From NCBI GenBank assembly GCA_004297305.1, contig SCTR01000006.1, positions 6,129 to 70,128 of the forward strand: a DNA stretch of 64,000 nt, written 5' to 3'. How positions within the stretch are numbered: the first letter of the stretch is position 1; each line of letters begins with the position of its first letter. The DNA is from Actinomycetota bacterium (GTDB taxonomy: Bacteria; Actinomycetota; Actinomycetes; S36-B12; FW305-bin1). Position numbers and translations under genes: made by a program. This document shows positions 20,854 to 30,197 of the stretch, in pieces. The notes beneath the pieces are model-generated. The model was given only the letters and a program-made list of their open reading frames with translations, was not told the origin of the DNA and searched no databases.

Positions 20854-20880
20854 TTAGCACTCGACACCGGCGAGTGCAAG
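20854..20880. promoter_or_regulatory. CIRCE operator (HrcA binding site), copy 2
   Basis: TTAGCACTC-N9-GAGTGCAAG, 8 nt from copy 1. Confidence 0.85.
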
Positions 20881-20984
20881 CGAGTCCGCCGAGGCCGGCG
20901 CAGCGCTGGCGCGGCTCGGCGGGCCGGTTGAGGATGTCGGCCAGACGCAGTCGCCGGCCGCGTGGCCGGCGGGGAGGGAGCACG

Positions 20985-21356
20985 ATGACCGAACCCACCG
21001 GCGGGGCCCAGCCGTCCGGCCGTGACGACCCGACCAGCGACGACCTGACCAGCGACGACCTGACCAGCGATGACAGGGCCGAGGACACGCTGGCCACCGA
21101 CGACGAGCCGGGGTACGGCGAGAGTGAGTACGCCGGAACCGGTATCGGCCACGAGCCCTACGGGGAAGCGGCGTACGGCCATGCCGGCGAACGCGGCGAC
21201 GAAGTGGCGACCGCGCTGGCCGGCGACCTCGCCGAGGAGTACGAGACCGAGACCGACGCGACGGATTCAGGGTTCGACGACGTCGCTGCGGAGACAGCGG
21301 CGATGCACGTCATCGGCGAGGACGAGGTCGCCCGGCAGTCCCACGTGGACCGCTAG
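20985..21356 (+). CDS. acidic hypothetical protein (DUF5709-like)
   Basis: ATG 20985 after GGGAGGGAG, 123 aa, very acidic. Contains a DDLTS x3 repeat (15-bp DNA repeat at about 21038-21070) and a C-terminal [12 protein letters not shown] motif. Confidence 0.6.
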   Translation: MTEPTGGAQPSGRDDPTSDDLTSDDLTSDDRAEDTLATDDEPGYGESEYAGTGIGHEPYGEAAYGHAGERGDEVATALAGDLAEEYETETDATDSGFDDVAAETAAMHVIGEDEVARQSHVDR

Positions 21357-21400
21357 ATCCCCTGCCGTGACCGCGACCGTCAGCCGCGGGACCGCGACCC

Positions 21401-21694
21401 TCAGCCGCCGGCGACGGCGGGAATGACCGAGACCGACGTCCCGGTCGGCGTCGCGGTCGCCAGGCCCTCGGCGAAGCGGACGTCGTCGTCATCGACGTAC
21501 ACGTTGACGAAACGCCGAAGTCGGCCGGTGTCGTCGAGCACCCGGGCCCGGATGCCGGGTGCCTGCGCCTCCAGCGCGTCGAGCACCCCTTGCAGCGTCT
21601 CGCCCGCATCCTGACCGGCCGGGTCCACCGAGACCTCGGCAGCGCCGCCGGTGTACGTGCGCAGGATCGTCGGGATTCGGACGGTGACGCTCAT
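21401..21694 (-). CDS. MoaD/ThiS/CysO-family sulfur-carrier protein (C-terminal GG)
   Basis: 97 aa with a beta-grasp pattern, ending IPAVAGG. The ATG overlaps the stop of the upstream ThrC-like gene (ATGA). Confidence 0.85.
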   Translation of the reverse strand: MSVTVRIPTILRTYTGGAAEVSVDPAGQDAGETLQGVLDALEAQAPGIRARVLDDTGRLRRFVNVYVDDDDVRFAEGLATATPTGTSVSVIPAVAGG

Positions 21695-22983
21695 GCAGTT
21701 CCTCCGGACTGTGCCCTACCCAGTGCGGCGACGACCTCGGCCACCTGCGGCCGGATCGTAGCTGTCGGCCCGACGGCGGGGCTGACGGCCTCCAGCGTCT
21801 TGAGGCCGTCGCCGGTGTTGCAGACCACGGTCTCGGCGGCCGGGTCGAGCCGGCCGTCGGCGATCAGCCGGCGCAGCGTCGCGACGGTGACCCCACCGGC
21901 GGTCTCCGCGAAGATCCCTTCGGTCTCGGCCAGCAGCCGGATGCCCTCGACGATCTCCTCGTCGCTCACCGCCGCCACGGCGCCCCCCGTACGGCGCACC
22001 GCGTCCAGCGCGTAAGGCCCGTCGGCCGGGTTGCCGATGGCCAGCGACTTGGCGATGGTGTCCGGCCGCACCGGGCGTACCACGTCCGCGCCGGCGTCGA
22101 ATGCCTGCGCCACCGGAGAACAGCCGCTGGCCTGGGCCCCGAACACCCGGTACGGCGAGTCGGCGACCAGGCCGAGTTCGACCAGTTCGCGCCAGCCCTT
22201 GTCCACCTTGGTCAGCAGCGCACCGGACGCGACGGGGATGACCACCTGCGACGGCAGCCGCCAGCCGAGCTGTTCGGCGATCTCGTAGCCCAGCGTCTTG
22301 GAGCCCTCGGCGTAGTACGGCCGCAGGTTGACGTTGACGAAGCCCCAGTCGTCGGTCAGCGGGTCGCCGATCAGTTCGCTGCACAGCCGGTTGACGTCGT
22401 CGTACGTGCCCTCGACGGCCAGCAGCTGACCGCCGTACGACGCGGTCGCGACGACCTTGCCGGCCTCCAGATCCGCGGGGATGACCACGACGGACCGCTG
22501 CCCGCCCCGCGCGGCCGCCGCGGCGACGGCATGGGCCAGGTTGCCCGTCGAGGCGCACGACAGGGTCGTCAACCCGAGCCGGCGGGCCGCGGACTGCGCC
22601 ACGGCCACGACGCGGTCCTTGAAGGAGTGGGTCGGGTTGGCACTCTCGTCCTTCACCCACAGCGTGCCGGTCATGCCGAGCGCCCGGGCCAGCGAGTCGG
22701 CCCGCACGAGGCGGGTCAGCCCCGGATGCAGGTTGGGCTCGTCCGCGGCGTACGACGCGACCGGCAGCAGACAGGAGTAGCGCCACAGTGAGGGCGGCCC
22801 GGCCTCGATCCGGGCCCGGCTCACGTCGGTGAACCGGTAGGACACCTCCAGCGGGCCGAAGCACTCGGCACAGGCGTACGCCGCGCCCAGCTCGAAGGTG
22901 GCCGAACACTCGCGACAGGTCAGGTGGGATGCGGGCCCGAAATCGGGGGCCAACCGCAGGTCGGGGTCAACGACGCTGGTCAC
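21691..22983 (-). CDS. threonine synthase-like PLP enzyme with N-terminal zinc ribbon (probable sulfur-carrier-dependent homocysteine synthase)
   Basis: 430 aa. N-terminal CRECS..CAEC. PLP-lysine motif NPTHSFKDR and ThrC-fold motifs (CASTGNLA, PVASGALL). Preceded by a SAM-I riboswitch. Confidence 0.85.
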   Translation of the reverse strand: MTSVVDPDLRLAPDFGPASHLTCRECSATFELGAAYACAECFGPLEVSYRFTDVSRARIEAGPPSLWRYSCLLPVASYAADEPNLHPGLTRLVRADSLARALGMTGTLWVKDESANPTHSFKDRVVAVAQSAARRLGLTTLSCASTGNLAHAVAAAAARGGQRSVVVIPADLEAGKVVATASYGGQLLAVEGTYDDVNRLCSELIGDPLTDDWGFVNVNLRPYYAEGSKTLGYEIAEQLGWRLPSQVVIPVASGALLTKVDKGWRELVELGLVADSPYRVFGAQASGCSPVAQAFDAGADVVRPVRPDTIAKSLAIGNPADGPYALDAVRRTGGAVAAVSDEEIVEGIRLLAETEGIFAETAGGVTVATLRRLIADGRLDPAAETVVCNTGDGLKTLEAVSPAVGPTATIRPQVAEVVAALGRAQSGGTA

Positions 22984-22994
22984 GGACAGAGCCT

Positions 22995-23106
22995 CTCCTC
23001 ATCTTCCCCCGGCACCACGCCGAGGACGGACTTGGCACCTTCCGCCGTCTGGCGTGGTTGCCGGGGCTTCACCGGGCCGTATCCCTCTGCCCCTCTGGAT
23101 GAGCGA
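22995..23106 (-). ncRNA. SAM-I (S-box) riboswitch
   Basis: The minus strand reads CUCAUCCAGAGGGGCAGAGGGAUACGGCCCGGUGAAGCCCCGGCAACC..GGUGCCAAGUCC..GAUGAG. The P1 strands are at 23103-23098 and 23003-22998. The SD GGAGAGG and the GTG start at 22983 follow directly. Confidence 0.85.
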
Positions 23107-23247
23107 TCTTCAATTGTGTCGGCCGCAACCGGTCTCGACGTCAGAACGCCGTCGGTCCGGATCGGTCGACAGGGACCGGTCGCGGGCCGGTGGCGTTCAG
23201 CCCCCACACTGTACCCGACGCCGACCGCACGACCGGAAGGGGAAAAC

Positions 23248-24252
23248 GTGCGCGAGGACGCCGCCGCCTGGTTCGCCCGTCGTACGTCGCGGGCGCAGGA
23301 CTGGCCTGCGGAGCTGGTCCGCCGCAGCAAGGGTTCGACCCGCGTCAGCGTGGTGCTCCCGGCGCTCAACGAGCAGGAGACCGTCGGCGTGATCGTCGCG
23401 GCCATCCGCGACCACCTCATGGCGGCGCCCAGCGGCGCTGGACGGTCCACCGGACCGGATTCCGTCCCGCTGGTCGACGACCTCGTCGTGCTGGACTCCG
23501 GCAGCTCGGACGCGACCGCCGCGGTCGCCGCGGCGGCTGGCGCCCGCGTCGTCCACCGCGACGACGTGCTGGCCCGCATCCCCGCGGTCCGGGGGAAGGG
23601 TGAGGCGATGTGGCGGGCCGTCGCGGCCACCGACGGCGACATCGTCGTGTTCGTCGACGCCGACCTGCGGTCGTTCACCCCGGCGTATATCACCGGGCTG
23701 CTCGGCCCGCTGCTCACCGATCCGTCCGTGGCGCTGGTCAAGGCGATGTACGAGCGCCCACTGGTCAGCCCCGGCGGCACGGTCACCGCGGGCGGCGGCC
23801 GGGTCACCGAATTGGTCGCGCGGCCCCTGCTCAACCTGCACTGGCCACACCTGTCCGGGGTCGCCCAACCGTTGGCCGGCGAGTACGCCGCCCGACGGTC
23901 GCTGCTGGAGGTCCTGCCCTTCCCCTGCGGCTACGGCGTGGAGTTCGCCCTGCTGGTCGACGCCGCCGAAGTCCTCGGCCTCGACGCGCTGGCCCAGGTC
24001 GACCTCGGGGTACGGATGCACCGCCATCACGACGAGCCGCGGTTGGGGCGGATGGCCGCGGAGATCTGGCGGACGGCGCTGGCCCGGCTCGACCCCGACG
24101 GCCGGCTCGGCCGCCCCGGCGACGGGCTCGCCCAGTTCGAGCGGGGTCCCGGCGGTCTGATCGTCGTCGACCACGAGGTGAGCGCGCTGGAACGACCGCC
24201 GCTGCTGGAGATCGCCGAGTACGCCGGAGACCACGACTCCGCCAGAAGCTGA
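23248..24252 (+). CDS. gpgS: glucosyl-3-phosphoglycerate synthase
   Basis: GTG 23248 after GGAAGGGGA, 334 aa. GT81 pattern: VSVVLPALNEQ, VLDSGSSD, VFVDADL and GRVTELVARPLLN, as in mycobacterial GpgS. Confidence 0.85.
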   Translation: MREDAAAWFARRTSRAQDWPAELVRRSKGSTRVSVVLPALNEQETVGVIVAAIRDHLMAAPSGAGRSTGPDSVPLVDDLVVLDSGSSDATAAVAAAAGARVVHRDDVLARIPAVRGKGEAMWRAVAATDGDIVVFVDADLRSFTPAYITGLLGPLLTDPSVALVKAMYERPLVSPGGTVTAGGGRVTELVARPLLNLHWPHLSGVAQPLAGEYAARRSLLEVLPFPCGYGVEFALLVDAAEVLGLDALAQVDLGVRMHRHHDEPRLGRMAAEIWRTALARLDPDGRLGRPGDGLAQFERGPGGLIVVDHEVSALERPPLLEIAEYAGDHDSARS

Positions 24253-24341
24253 CCGACGCCGGGCCGGTCGACAGGACCCCGGCTGGGCAGGAACCGGGCG
24301 GGCGGGCCGGAAGCCAGCTGCGCGGGAAACCGGCTGGGCGA

Positions 24342-25121
24342 CTAGCGCTTGCGGTAGTCCGGGCCGAGCACCAGCACGATCCGGCCGGCGGTCGCCGACG
24401 ACGCCGGGCTCGCCGTGGGATAGCCCCTGCCCAGGTCGCGTTGCAGCGTCTGGGTCGCCGCGTCGTGGCCGACCGCAAGGACCTTCGTGGCCCCCACCAC
24501 GGGCCGCTGGTTGCCCACCTCGATCACCTTCCAGCCGGCCCGTCGGAGCTGGGCCGCGACAGCGGCGGCCAGGCCGGTGGTGTGCGTCCCGTTGCGCACC
24601 ACGACCGGCACGGAGCGGTCGGGGCCGGTCTCGGCAAGCCCGGGGGCGGCCGGTGGCGTCCCCGTGCCCGGCGCCGTCGATGCGGTCGGCGAGGCCGTCG
24701 GCGTGGCGCCGGACGGTACGGCGGTCGGGGTGGCCGCGGTACCGGCGGGCACCGAACTGCCGGCGGGAGCGCGCGCGGTCAGCGCCGACTGGTCGGCGGC
24801 CGTCCGCAGCTCCCGCCGTACCGGGACGTCGCGCCAGGCCACCGTCAACGCCGAGGCCGCAGCGGCCAGCAGGACGATCACCAGTACGAGCTGCAGCGCC
24901 GGGCTCGCGCCGCGGCGCGCCCGGACCGGATGCGAGATGACGACGGTCGGCCGGGCAGGGGCACCGGGAGCACCGGTGGACAGCGGGCCCGGTACGCCGT
25001 CAGGTCCGGCAGCGGCGGCATCCGCCGACCAGGACCCGGCCGGCGGGGCGTCCGTCGGCGTGGCATCAGGCAGCACGATGGCCGGCTGCGACTGGTGCGG
25101 CGACCGCTGTGGGGCCTTCAC
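24342..25121 (-). CDS. LytR C-terminal domain-containing membrane protein
   Basis: 259 aa. Pro/Ala-rich N-terminus, one TM helix (LQLVLVIVLLAAAASAL), and a C-terminal LytR_C-like domain (VVVRNGTHTTGLAAAVAAQLRRAGWKV). Confidence 0.7.
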   Translation of the reverse strand: MKAPQRSPHQSQPAIVLPDATPTDAPPAGSWSADAAAAGPDGVPGPLSTGAPGAPARPTVVISHPVRARRGASPALQLVLVIVLLAAAASALTVAWRDVPVRRELRTAADQSALTARAPAGSSVPAGTAATPTAVPSGATPTASPTASTAPGTGTPPAAPGLAETGPDRSVPVVVRNGTHTTGLAAAVAAQLRRAGWKVIEVGNQRPVVGATKVLAVGHDAATQTLQRDLGRGYPTASPASSATAGRIVLVLGPDYRKR

Positions 25122-25196
25122 GCGGCGATCATCCCAGGTCCGGCGCGTGATCGGGGCTGGGACGATCGGACCGTCGTGGGCCGTCTATCGGTCCGG

Positions 25197-25490
25197 CTAC
25201 AGGTCGATGCCGAGGCGTCGCGCCGACCGGGCCCGCTGGCGCGCTGCGCGCATCCGGCGCAACCGCTTGACCAGCATGGGGTCGAAGGCCAGCGCGGCCG
25301 GATCGTCGATGAGGGCGTTCAGGAGCTGGTAGTAGCGCGTGGCGCTCATGTCGAACAGCTCCCGGATCGCCTGCTCCTTGGCACCGGCGTACTTCCACCA
25401 CTGCCGCTCGAACTCGAGGATCGCGCGCTCGCGCGCACCCAGTCCCTCGTCCGCGCCGACGGCGTCGACGGAGGATCGGGCGGCGTCCAT
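25197..25490 (-). CDS. DUF3263 domain-containing protein
   Basis: 97 aa. ILEFERQWWKYAGAKEQAIRELFDMSATRYYQLLNALID is characteristic of DUF3263. It lies next to gpgS, as in mycobacteria. Confidence 0.8.
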   Translation of the reverse strand: MDAARSSVDAVGADEGLGARERAILEFERQWWKYAGAKEQAIRELFDMSATRYYQLLNALIDDPAALAFDPMLVKRLRRMRAARQRARSARRLGIDL

Positions 25491-25666
25491 GCGGTCTCCA
25501 GCTCGTCGTCGTACCGGTGATCGGTCGAACCTGTGATCGTGCTCGTGCCCTGGTCGTGACCGTCCCGCTCGATCACAGTGCGCCGGTCGGTCACGTCGTG
25601 CGCCGCCCGGCGGGAGCGTCGCTCAGCCAGGCGTCGAGCGCATGCTAGAGCCGAATGCCACCGCTG

Positions 25667-26482
25667 TCATTCACCCTCGCCGGTCCCCAGCCGGCCCGGC
25701 CGGGCAGCCAGCGCCTCCAGCCGGGCGGCCACCGCCTCCAGCCGGGCGATGGCGTCGGCCACCGGCAGCTCGTCGCGCTCGCCGTCCGTCACGCCGCCGG
25801 CCTGCGGCCCGCCGGACTCGACCATGCCGGCACGGCGGCTGCGCCGGTCCAGGAACCGCTGCGAGAGCGTGGCGGTGACGATCGACAGCAGCGCGACGCC
25901 GTTGAAGAACAGGGCGACGGCAACCGCGCGGCCGAAGAACGTGATCGGGTAGTAGTCGCCGTACCCGACGGTGGGAATCGTCACCAGTGCCCACCACAAC
26001 GCATTGCCGAACGTCGTGATGTTGGCGCCGGGCGCGTTGCGCTCGGCGACCAGCACGAGCACCGCGGCGAAGAACACCACGAGCGTCGTGAGATACACCG
26101 CCACGAACTGGACCCGTTGCGCGAACCGTGCCGGCGCATCCCGGGTGAGGATCTTGAACGCCCGGCCGAGCAGCAGGATCCGCAGCGCCGGGATGATCAG
26201 GGCGATCAGTGCCAACGGATTGCGCCGGATGTAGCCGAGCCGGTCGTCGGTCAGCAGCAACGACAGGCCGTAGTCGAGGAAGAACCCCAGCCAACACAGC
26301 AGCAGCAGGCTGCGCGCGGAGGCGCTGTCTCCGCCGCTGTCCAGCAGCAGGACCAGACCGACGCAGAACAACACCGCGAGCAGGAACATCGGGTACTGGC
26401 TGTGGCGCTCGTACGCCCGGAACCACCGGGCCCGCCGCTGCGGCTGCTGCCGGGTCACGCCGTCAGGATGGCCGACGATCAC
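25667..26482 (-). CDS. voltage-gated-type potassium channel (ion transport protein)
   Basis: 271 aa. S4-like segment RNPLALIALIIPALRILLLGRAFK and selectivity filter TVGYGD. The GTG start overlaps the upstream stop (GTGA). Confidence 0.85.
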   Translation of the reverse strand: MIVGHPDGVTRQQPQRRARWFRAYERHSQYPMFLLAVLFCVGLVLLLDSGGDSASARSLLLLCWLGFFLDYGLSLLLTDDRLGYIRRNPLALIALIIPALRILLLGRAFKILTRDAPARFAQRVQFVAVYLTTLVVFFAAVLVLVAERNAPGANITTFGNALWWALVTIPTVGYGDYYPITFFGRAVAVALFFNGVALLSIVTATLSQRFLDRRSRRAGMVESGGPQAGGVTDGERDELPVADAIARLEAVAARLEALAARPGRLGTGEGE

Positions 26483-27204
26483 TGCTGGCGACGGGAGGCG
26501 TGCCGGGCGAAGACGTAACCCCAGCCGTTGAGCGCCCAGTGCAGTGCCATCGGCGGGAACAGGCTGCCGATGAGCTGCCGGAGCAGGCAGAACACGACTC
26601 CGAACGCGCCGGTGCCCAGCACGGACAGGCCCACGGCGACGACGTTGCCCCGGCGCCCCTGGCCGGCAACGTTGCCCAGCGCCGCGTTCGACTCGTGGCT
26701 ACCCAGCGACGGCAGGATGTGCCACAGGCCGAACAGGATCGAGCACCACGCGATCGCCCATGGCACGCCGGACCGCGAGACGAGCATGGCGTACAGCACG
26801 CCGCGGAACGCGACCTCCTCGAACAGCACGGTGCCGAACGGCAGTTCGACCAGGGCGTTCCAGATCGCCCGGCGGGTCGACATCGCCGCGATACGCCGGT
26901 CGGCGAAGGCCCGCTGGGTACGCCGCCACGCGAAGCCGACGGCATACACCACGAGCACGATCCCGATGAGCACGGCCGACCAGATGAGGCCCGCCGGCCA
27001 GGTCGACGGCGCAAGGCCGAGGTCGCCCAGTGTCGCGCCGTCGAGCAGGCCGATGGCGAGCACCACCACGGAGCCGCCCAGGCACCAGAACAGGTAGAGC
27101 TGCGGCATCTGATGCGATGCGACGTTGACCAGCAGCATCATCACCAGCACGGCGCCGATGGCCACGAGGCCCAGGTCCAGGAAGCCGGTCACCTCCGCCG
27201 TCAA
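26479..27204 (-). CDS. CPBP family intramembrane glutamic endopeptidase
   Basis: 241 aa, multi-TM. Motif 1 EEVAFRG, motif FGLWH, and a C-terminal HWALN. Confidence 0.8.
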   Translation of the reverse strand: MTAEVTGFLDLGLVAIGAVLVMMLLVNVASHQMPQLYLFWCLGGSVVVLAIGLLDGATLGDLGLAPSTWPAGLIWSAVLIGIVLVVYAVGFAWRRTQRAFADRRIAAMSTRRAIWNALVELPFGTVLFEEVAFRGVLYAMLVSRSGVPWAIAWCSILFGLWHILPSLGSHESNAALGNVAGQGRRGNVVAVGLSVLGTGAFGVVFCLLRQLIGSLFPPMALHWALNGWGYVFARHASRRQQ

Positions 27205-27321
27205 GACCGGCCTCCCTCACTCCCCGGGCCGGCGGTGCCCAGCCGCCGGTGCCCAGCGCGCTCGCATCCTAGGTTCCCTGGCGCAACTCGCCCACCGCGC
27301 CGCAGCGCCGACCGCTGCGGG

Positions 27322-28443
27322 TCAGGGATTGACCGACAGGAACAGGAAGGCTGCCAGCAGGACCAGGTGGACGCCGCCGTGCAGCCGGGTGGCGCGTCCC
27401 GGCACGACGGTGAGGATGGTGACGACGACGGTCATCGCAAGCAGGACCAGCTGGGTGGGACCCAGGCCGAGGAACAGCGTGCCGTCCAGCCAGATCGAGG
27501 CGACGGCGATCGCCGGGATGGTCAGCCCGATGCTGGCCATCGCCGATCCGAATCCGAGGTTGAGGCTGATCTGCACCCGGTTGCGCGACGCGGCCTGCAC
27601 CGCGGCGATGGTCTCCGGCAGCAGCACCACCAGCGCGATCACCACGCCGACGAACGATGCGGGGAAGCCGACCGCCGCCACCCCGGCCTCCAACGCCGGC
27701 GACTCGACCTTGGCCAGCCCGATCACGGCCACCAGCGCGATCAGCAGCAGACCGAGACTGGTCCACGCCGCGCGGGTCGTCGGCGGCTCGGCGTGATCGT
27801 CGCTCTGCTCGTGCGGTGGTCCGGCGTCGGTGCCCTCGACGCCGACCGGGAGGAAGAAGTCGCGGTGCCGGCCCGTCTGCGTCACCACGAAGAGCGCGTA
27901 CAGCACGAGCGAGGCCATGGCCGCGAACGTCAGCTGGCTGGCGGTGAACTGCGGACCGGGCGCGCCGGAGGTGAACGTCGGGACGACCAGCGTGAGCGTC
28001 GCCAGCGACGCCACGGTGGCGACGGCGGCACCGGTGCCTTCGGCGTTGAACAGCGCCACGCCGTACCGCAGCGAACCGACCAGCAAGGACAGGCCGACGA
28101 TGCCGTTCATCGTGATCATCACGGCGGCGAAGACGGTGTCGCGCGCCAGCGTCTGGGCCTGGTCGCCGCCGGACACCATCAGCGTCACCACGAGCGCGAC
28201 CTCGATGACGGTGACCGCCACGGCCAGGATGAGCGACCCCATCGGCTCGCCGACCCGCAGCGCGACGACCTCGGCGTGGTAAACCGCGGCGAGCACCGCG
28301 GCCACCAGGACGACCGCGACAACGGCCACCAGTGCCACGGGCAGCTCGCGACCCCAGGTGAGGATCAGCGTCAGGGCACCAACAGCCGGTACGGCGACGG
28401 CCCAGGGCGCTCGTCGTACCGCCGACATTGCGCCCGCGACCAC
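27322..28443 (-). CDS. calcium/cation:proton antiporter (CaCA/ChaA-like)
   Basis: 373 aa with about 11 TM segments and two alpha-repeat-like regions (GEPMGSLILAVAVTVIEVAL and GVVIALVVLLPETIAAV). Confidence 0.75.
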   Translation of the reverse strand: MVAGAMSAVRRAPWAVAVPAVGALTLILTWGRELPVALVAVVAVVLVAAVLAAVYHAEVVALRVGEPMGSLILAVAVTVIEVALVVTLMVSGGDQAQTLARDTVFAAVMITMNGIVGLSLLVGSLRYGVALFNAEGTGAAVATVASLATLTLVVPTFTSGAPGPQFTASQLTFAAMASLVLYALFVVTQTGRHRDFFLPVGVEGTDAGPPHEQSDDHAEPPTTRAAWTSLGLLLIALVAVIGLAKVESPALEAGVAAVGFPASFVGVVIALVVLLPETIAAVQAASRNRVQISLNLGFGSAMASIGLTIPAIAVASIWLDGTLFLGLGPTQLVLLAMTVVVTILTVVPGRATRLHGGVHLVLLAAFLFLSVNP

Positions 28444-28483
28444 CGGGCCACCCTAGGTGGTGACGACGGGCCCGGACCGGATC

Positions 28484-28559
28484 TGGAGCTCCGGCTCGGA
28501 TTCGAACCGAGGACCTTCCGCTTACAAGGCGGGCGCTCTGCCAGCTGAGCTACCGGAGC
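28484..28559 (-). tRNA. tRNA-Thr (anticodon UGU)
   Basis: 76-nt cloverleaf: acceptor GCTCCGG/CCGGAGC, D-arm GCTC-AGCTGGCA-GAGC, anticodon loop CTTGTAA, T-arm CTCGG-TTCGAAT-CCGAG, discriminator T and encoded CCA. Confidence 0.93.
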
Positions 28560-28694
28560 GGCGGGGCCGAGGGTAACAGGGCAGGAGACGGCCGCCGTGG
28601 GACCCGGCAGGTGCGGTCCCGGGCCGCAGTGGGCATGAACCCGGGTGGCGGCAGACGCCGCCCCGTCCGTCACACCGGCCTCTACGGTGGGGCG

Positions 28695-30197
28695 ATGACC
28701 GGCGCAGGCAGTGAAGGGACACCGATGGGCCAGTCAGCCAACGACGTCGTCGTGGTGGCCAACCGCCTGCCTGTCGACGCCACGGCGGGTCCCGACGGGA
28801 GCACCCACTGGGAGCAGTCGCCCGGCGGCCTGGTCACCGCGCTGGATCCGTTGCTGCGGGAGCGGCCGGTCACCTGGATCGGCTGGAGCGGGCGGTTCGC
28901 CGACGACGCGGCCGACGCGGTGCCGTTGCCCGACCGCGTCGGATCCTGCGACCTGGTGGAGGTGCCGCTGACTCGCAGCCAGGTCGAGGACTACTACGAA
29001 GGGTTCTGCAACGCCACCATCTGGCCGCTCTACCACGACGCGATCGTCGCGCCGGTGTACCACCGGCGTACCTGGGAGGCCTACCAGCAGGTCAACCGCG
29101 TCTTCGCCGACGCGGTAGCGGCCGTCGCCGCACCAGGCGCCACCGTCTGGGTCCACGACTACCAGCTGCAGCTGGTCCCACAGTTCGTGCGGCAGGTGCG
29201 GCCGGACGTCACCATCGGATTCTTCCTGCACATCCCCTTCCCGCCGCACGAACTGTTCGCGCAACTGCCGTGGCGCCGGCAGATCATCGAGGGCATGCTC
29301 GGAGCGGACCTCGTCGGCTTCCACCGGCCAGAAGGCGTGCTGAACTTCCTCGTTCTGGCACACCGGCTCTGCGGCCTGTCGCCGGAGTCCGGCTCGGTCC
29401 AGGTCCGCGGACTGGACGACAACCGGACGGTGCGCGTCGGGGCCTTCCCGATCAGTATCGACTCGCGCAGCCTCGACTCGCTGGCCCGCGACCCGCAGGT
29501 CCGCGAAAAGGCCCGCCTGTTGCGGCACGACCTGGGCAACCCCGGCACGATCCTGCTCGGGGTCGACCGGCTGGACTACACCAAGGGAATCGACGTACGG
29601 CTCAAGGCTTTTGCCGAGTTGCTCGACGACGGCGACCTCGATCCGACCGACGTCACCCTGGTCCAGGTCGCCACGCCGAGCCGGGAGGGCGTCGAGGAGT
29701 ACCAGCGGATCCGGCAGGAGATCGAACTGGTCGTGGGCCGCGCCCTGGGCGATCACGGCGCGATCGGCTCGGTCCCCGTGCGGTACCTGCACCAGTCGAT
29801 GCCGCGCGAGGAACTGGTCGCGTTCTACGTCGCCGCGGACATCATGCTCGTCACGCCGCTGCGGGACGGCATGAACCTGGTATGCAAGGAGTACGTGGCC
29901 TGCCGAACCGACGAGGACGGCGCGCTGGTGCTGAGCGAATTCACCGGCGCTTCCGCAGAACTGTCCGAGGCGTACCTGGTGAATCCGTACGATGCCGAGG
30001 GGGTCAAGCGCGCGATCCTGGACGCGGTCCATGCGCCGCAGGAGGACCGGATGCGGCGGATGCGATCCATGCGCGCCACCGTGTTCGACAACGACGTCGA
30101 ACGTTGGGGCACCTCGTTCCTGGAGGCGCTGCGACGGGCCGGGCACAACCGATACGAGACAGTCGACTCACGTACGGCAGCGGAGATCAACGAATGA
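28695..30197 (+). CDS. otsA: alpha,alpha-trehalose-phosphate synthase (GT20)
   Basis: Motifs [42 protein letters not shown] and [11 protein letters not shown]. Start is ATG 28695 or ATG 28725 (the latter has GAAGGGA upstream). Confidence 0.92.
   Translation: MTGAGSEGTPMGQSANDVVVVANRLPVDATAGPDGSTHWEQSPGGLVTALDPLLRERPVTWIGWSGRFADDAADAVPLPDRVGSCDLVEVPLTRSQVEDYYEGFCNATIWPLYHDAIVAPVYHRRTWEAYQQVNRVFADAVAAVAAPGATVWVHDYQLQLVPQFVRQVRPDVTIGFFLHIPFPPHELFAQLPWRRQIIEGMLGADLVGFHRPEGVLNFLVLAHRLCGLSPESGSVQVRGLDDNRTVRVGAFPISIDSRSLDSLARDPQVREKARLLRHDLGNPGTILLGVDRLDYTKGIDVRLKAFAELLDDGDLDPTDVTLVQVATPSREGVEEYQRIRQEIELVVGRALGDHGAIGSVPVRYLHQSMPREELVAFYVAADIMLVTPLRDGMNLVCKEYVACRTDEDGALVLSEFTGASAELSEAYLVNPYDAEGVKRAILDAVHAPQEDRMRRMRSMRATVFDNDVERWGTSFLEALRRAGHNRYETVDSRTAAEINE

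Noticed and set aside
25531-25578. 9-bp inverted repeat CTGTGATCG ... CGATCACAG (30-nt spacer) upstream of the DUF3263 gene
   Set aside because: It is a single occurrence with a long spacer and no associated regulator. It could be chance in this sequence context, so it is noted but not promoted to a finding.
26209-28548. 779-aa plus-strand ORF
   Set aside because: It is antisense to the CPBP and CaCA transporter genes and runs through the tRNA-Thr. Its composition is Arg/Asp/Gly-rich with no domain pattern.
28484-28559. tRNA-Thr as an integration hotspot or genomic island border
   Set aside because: No integrase or phage genes are present, and I could not see a direct repeat of the tRNA 3' end nearby. 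The flanking genes (CaCA antiporter, otsA) are core genes.
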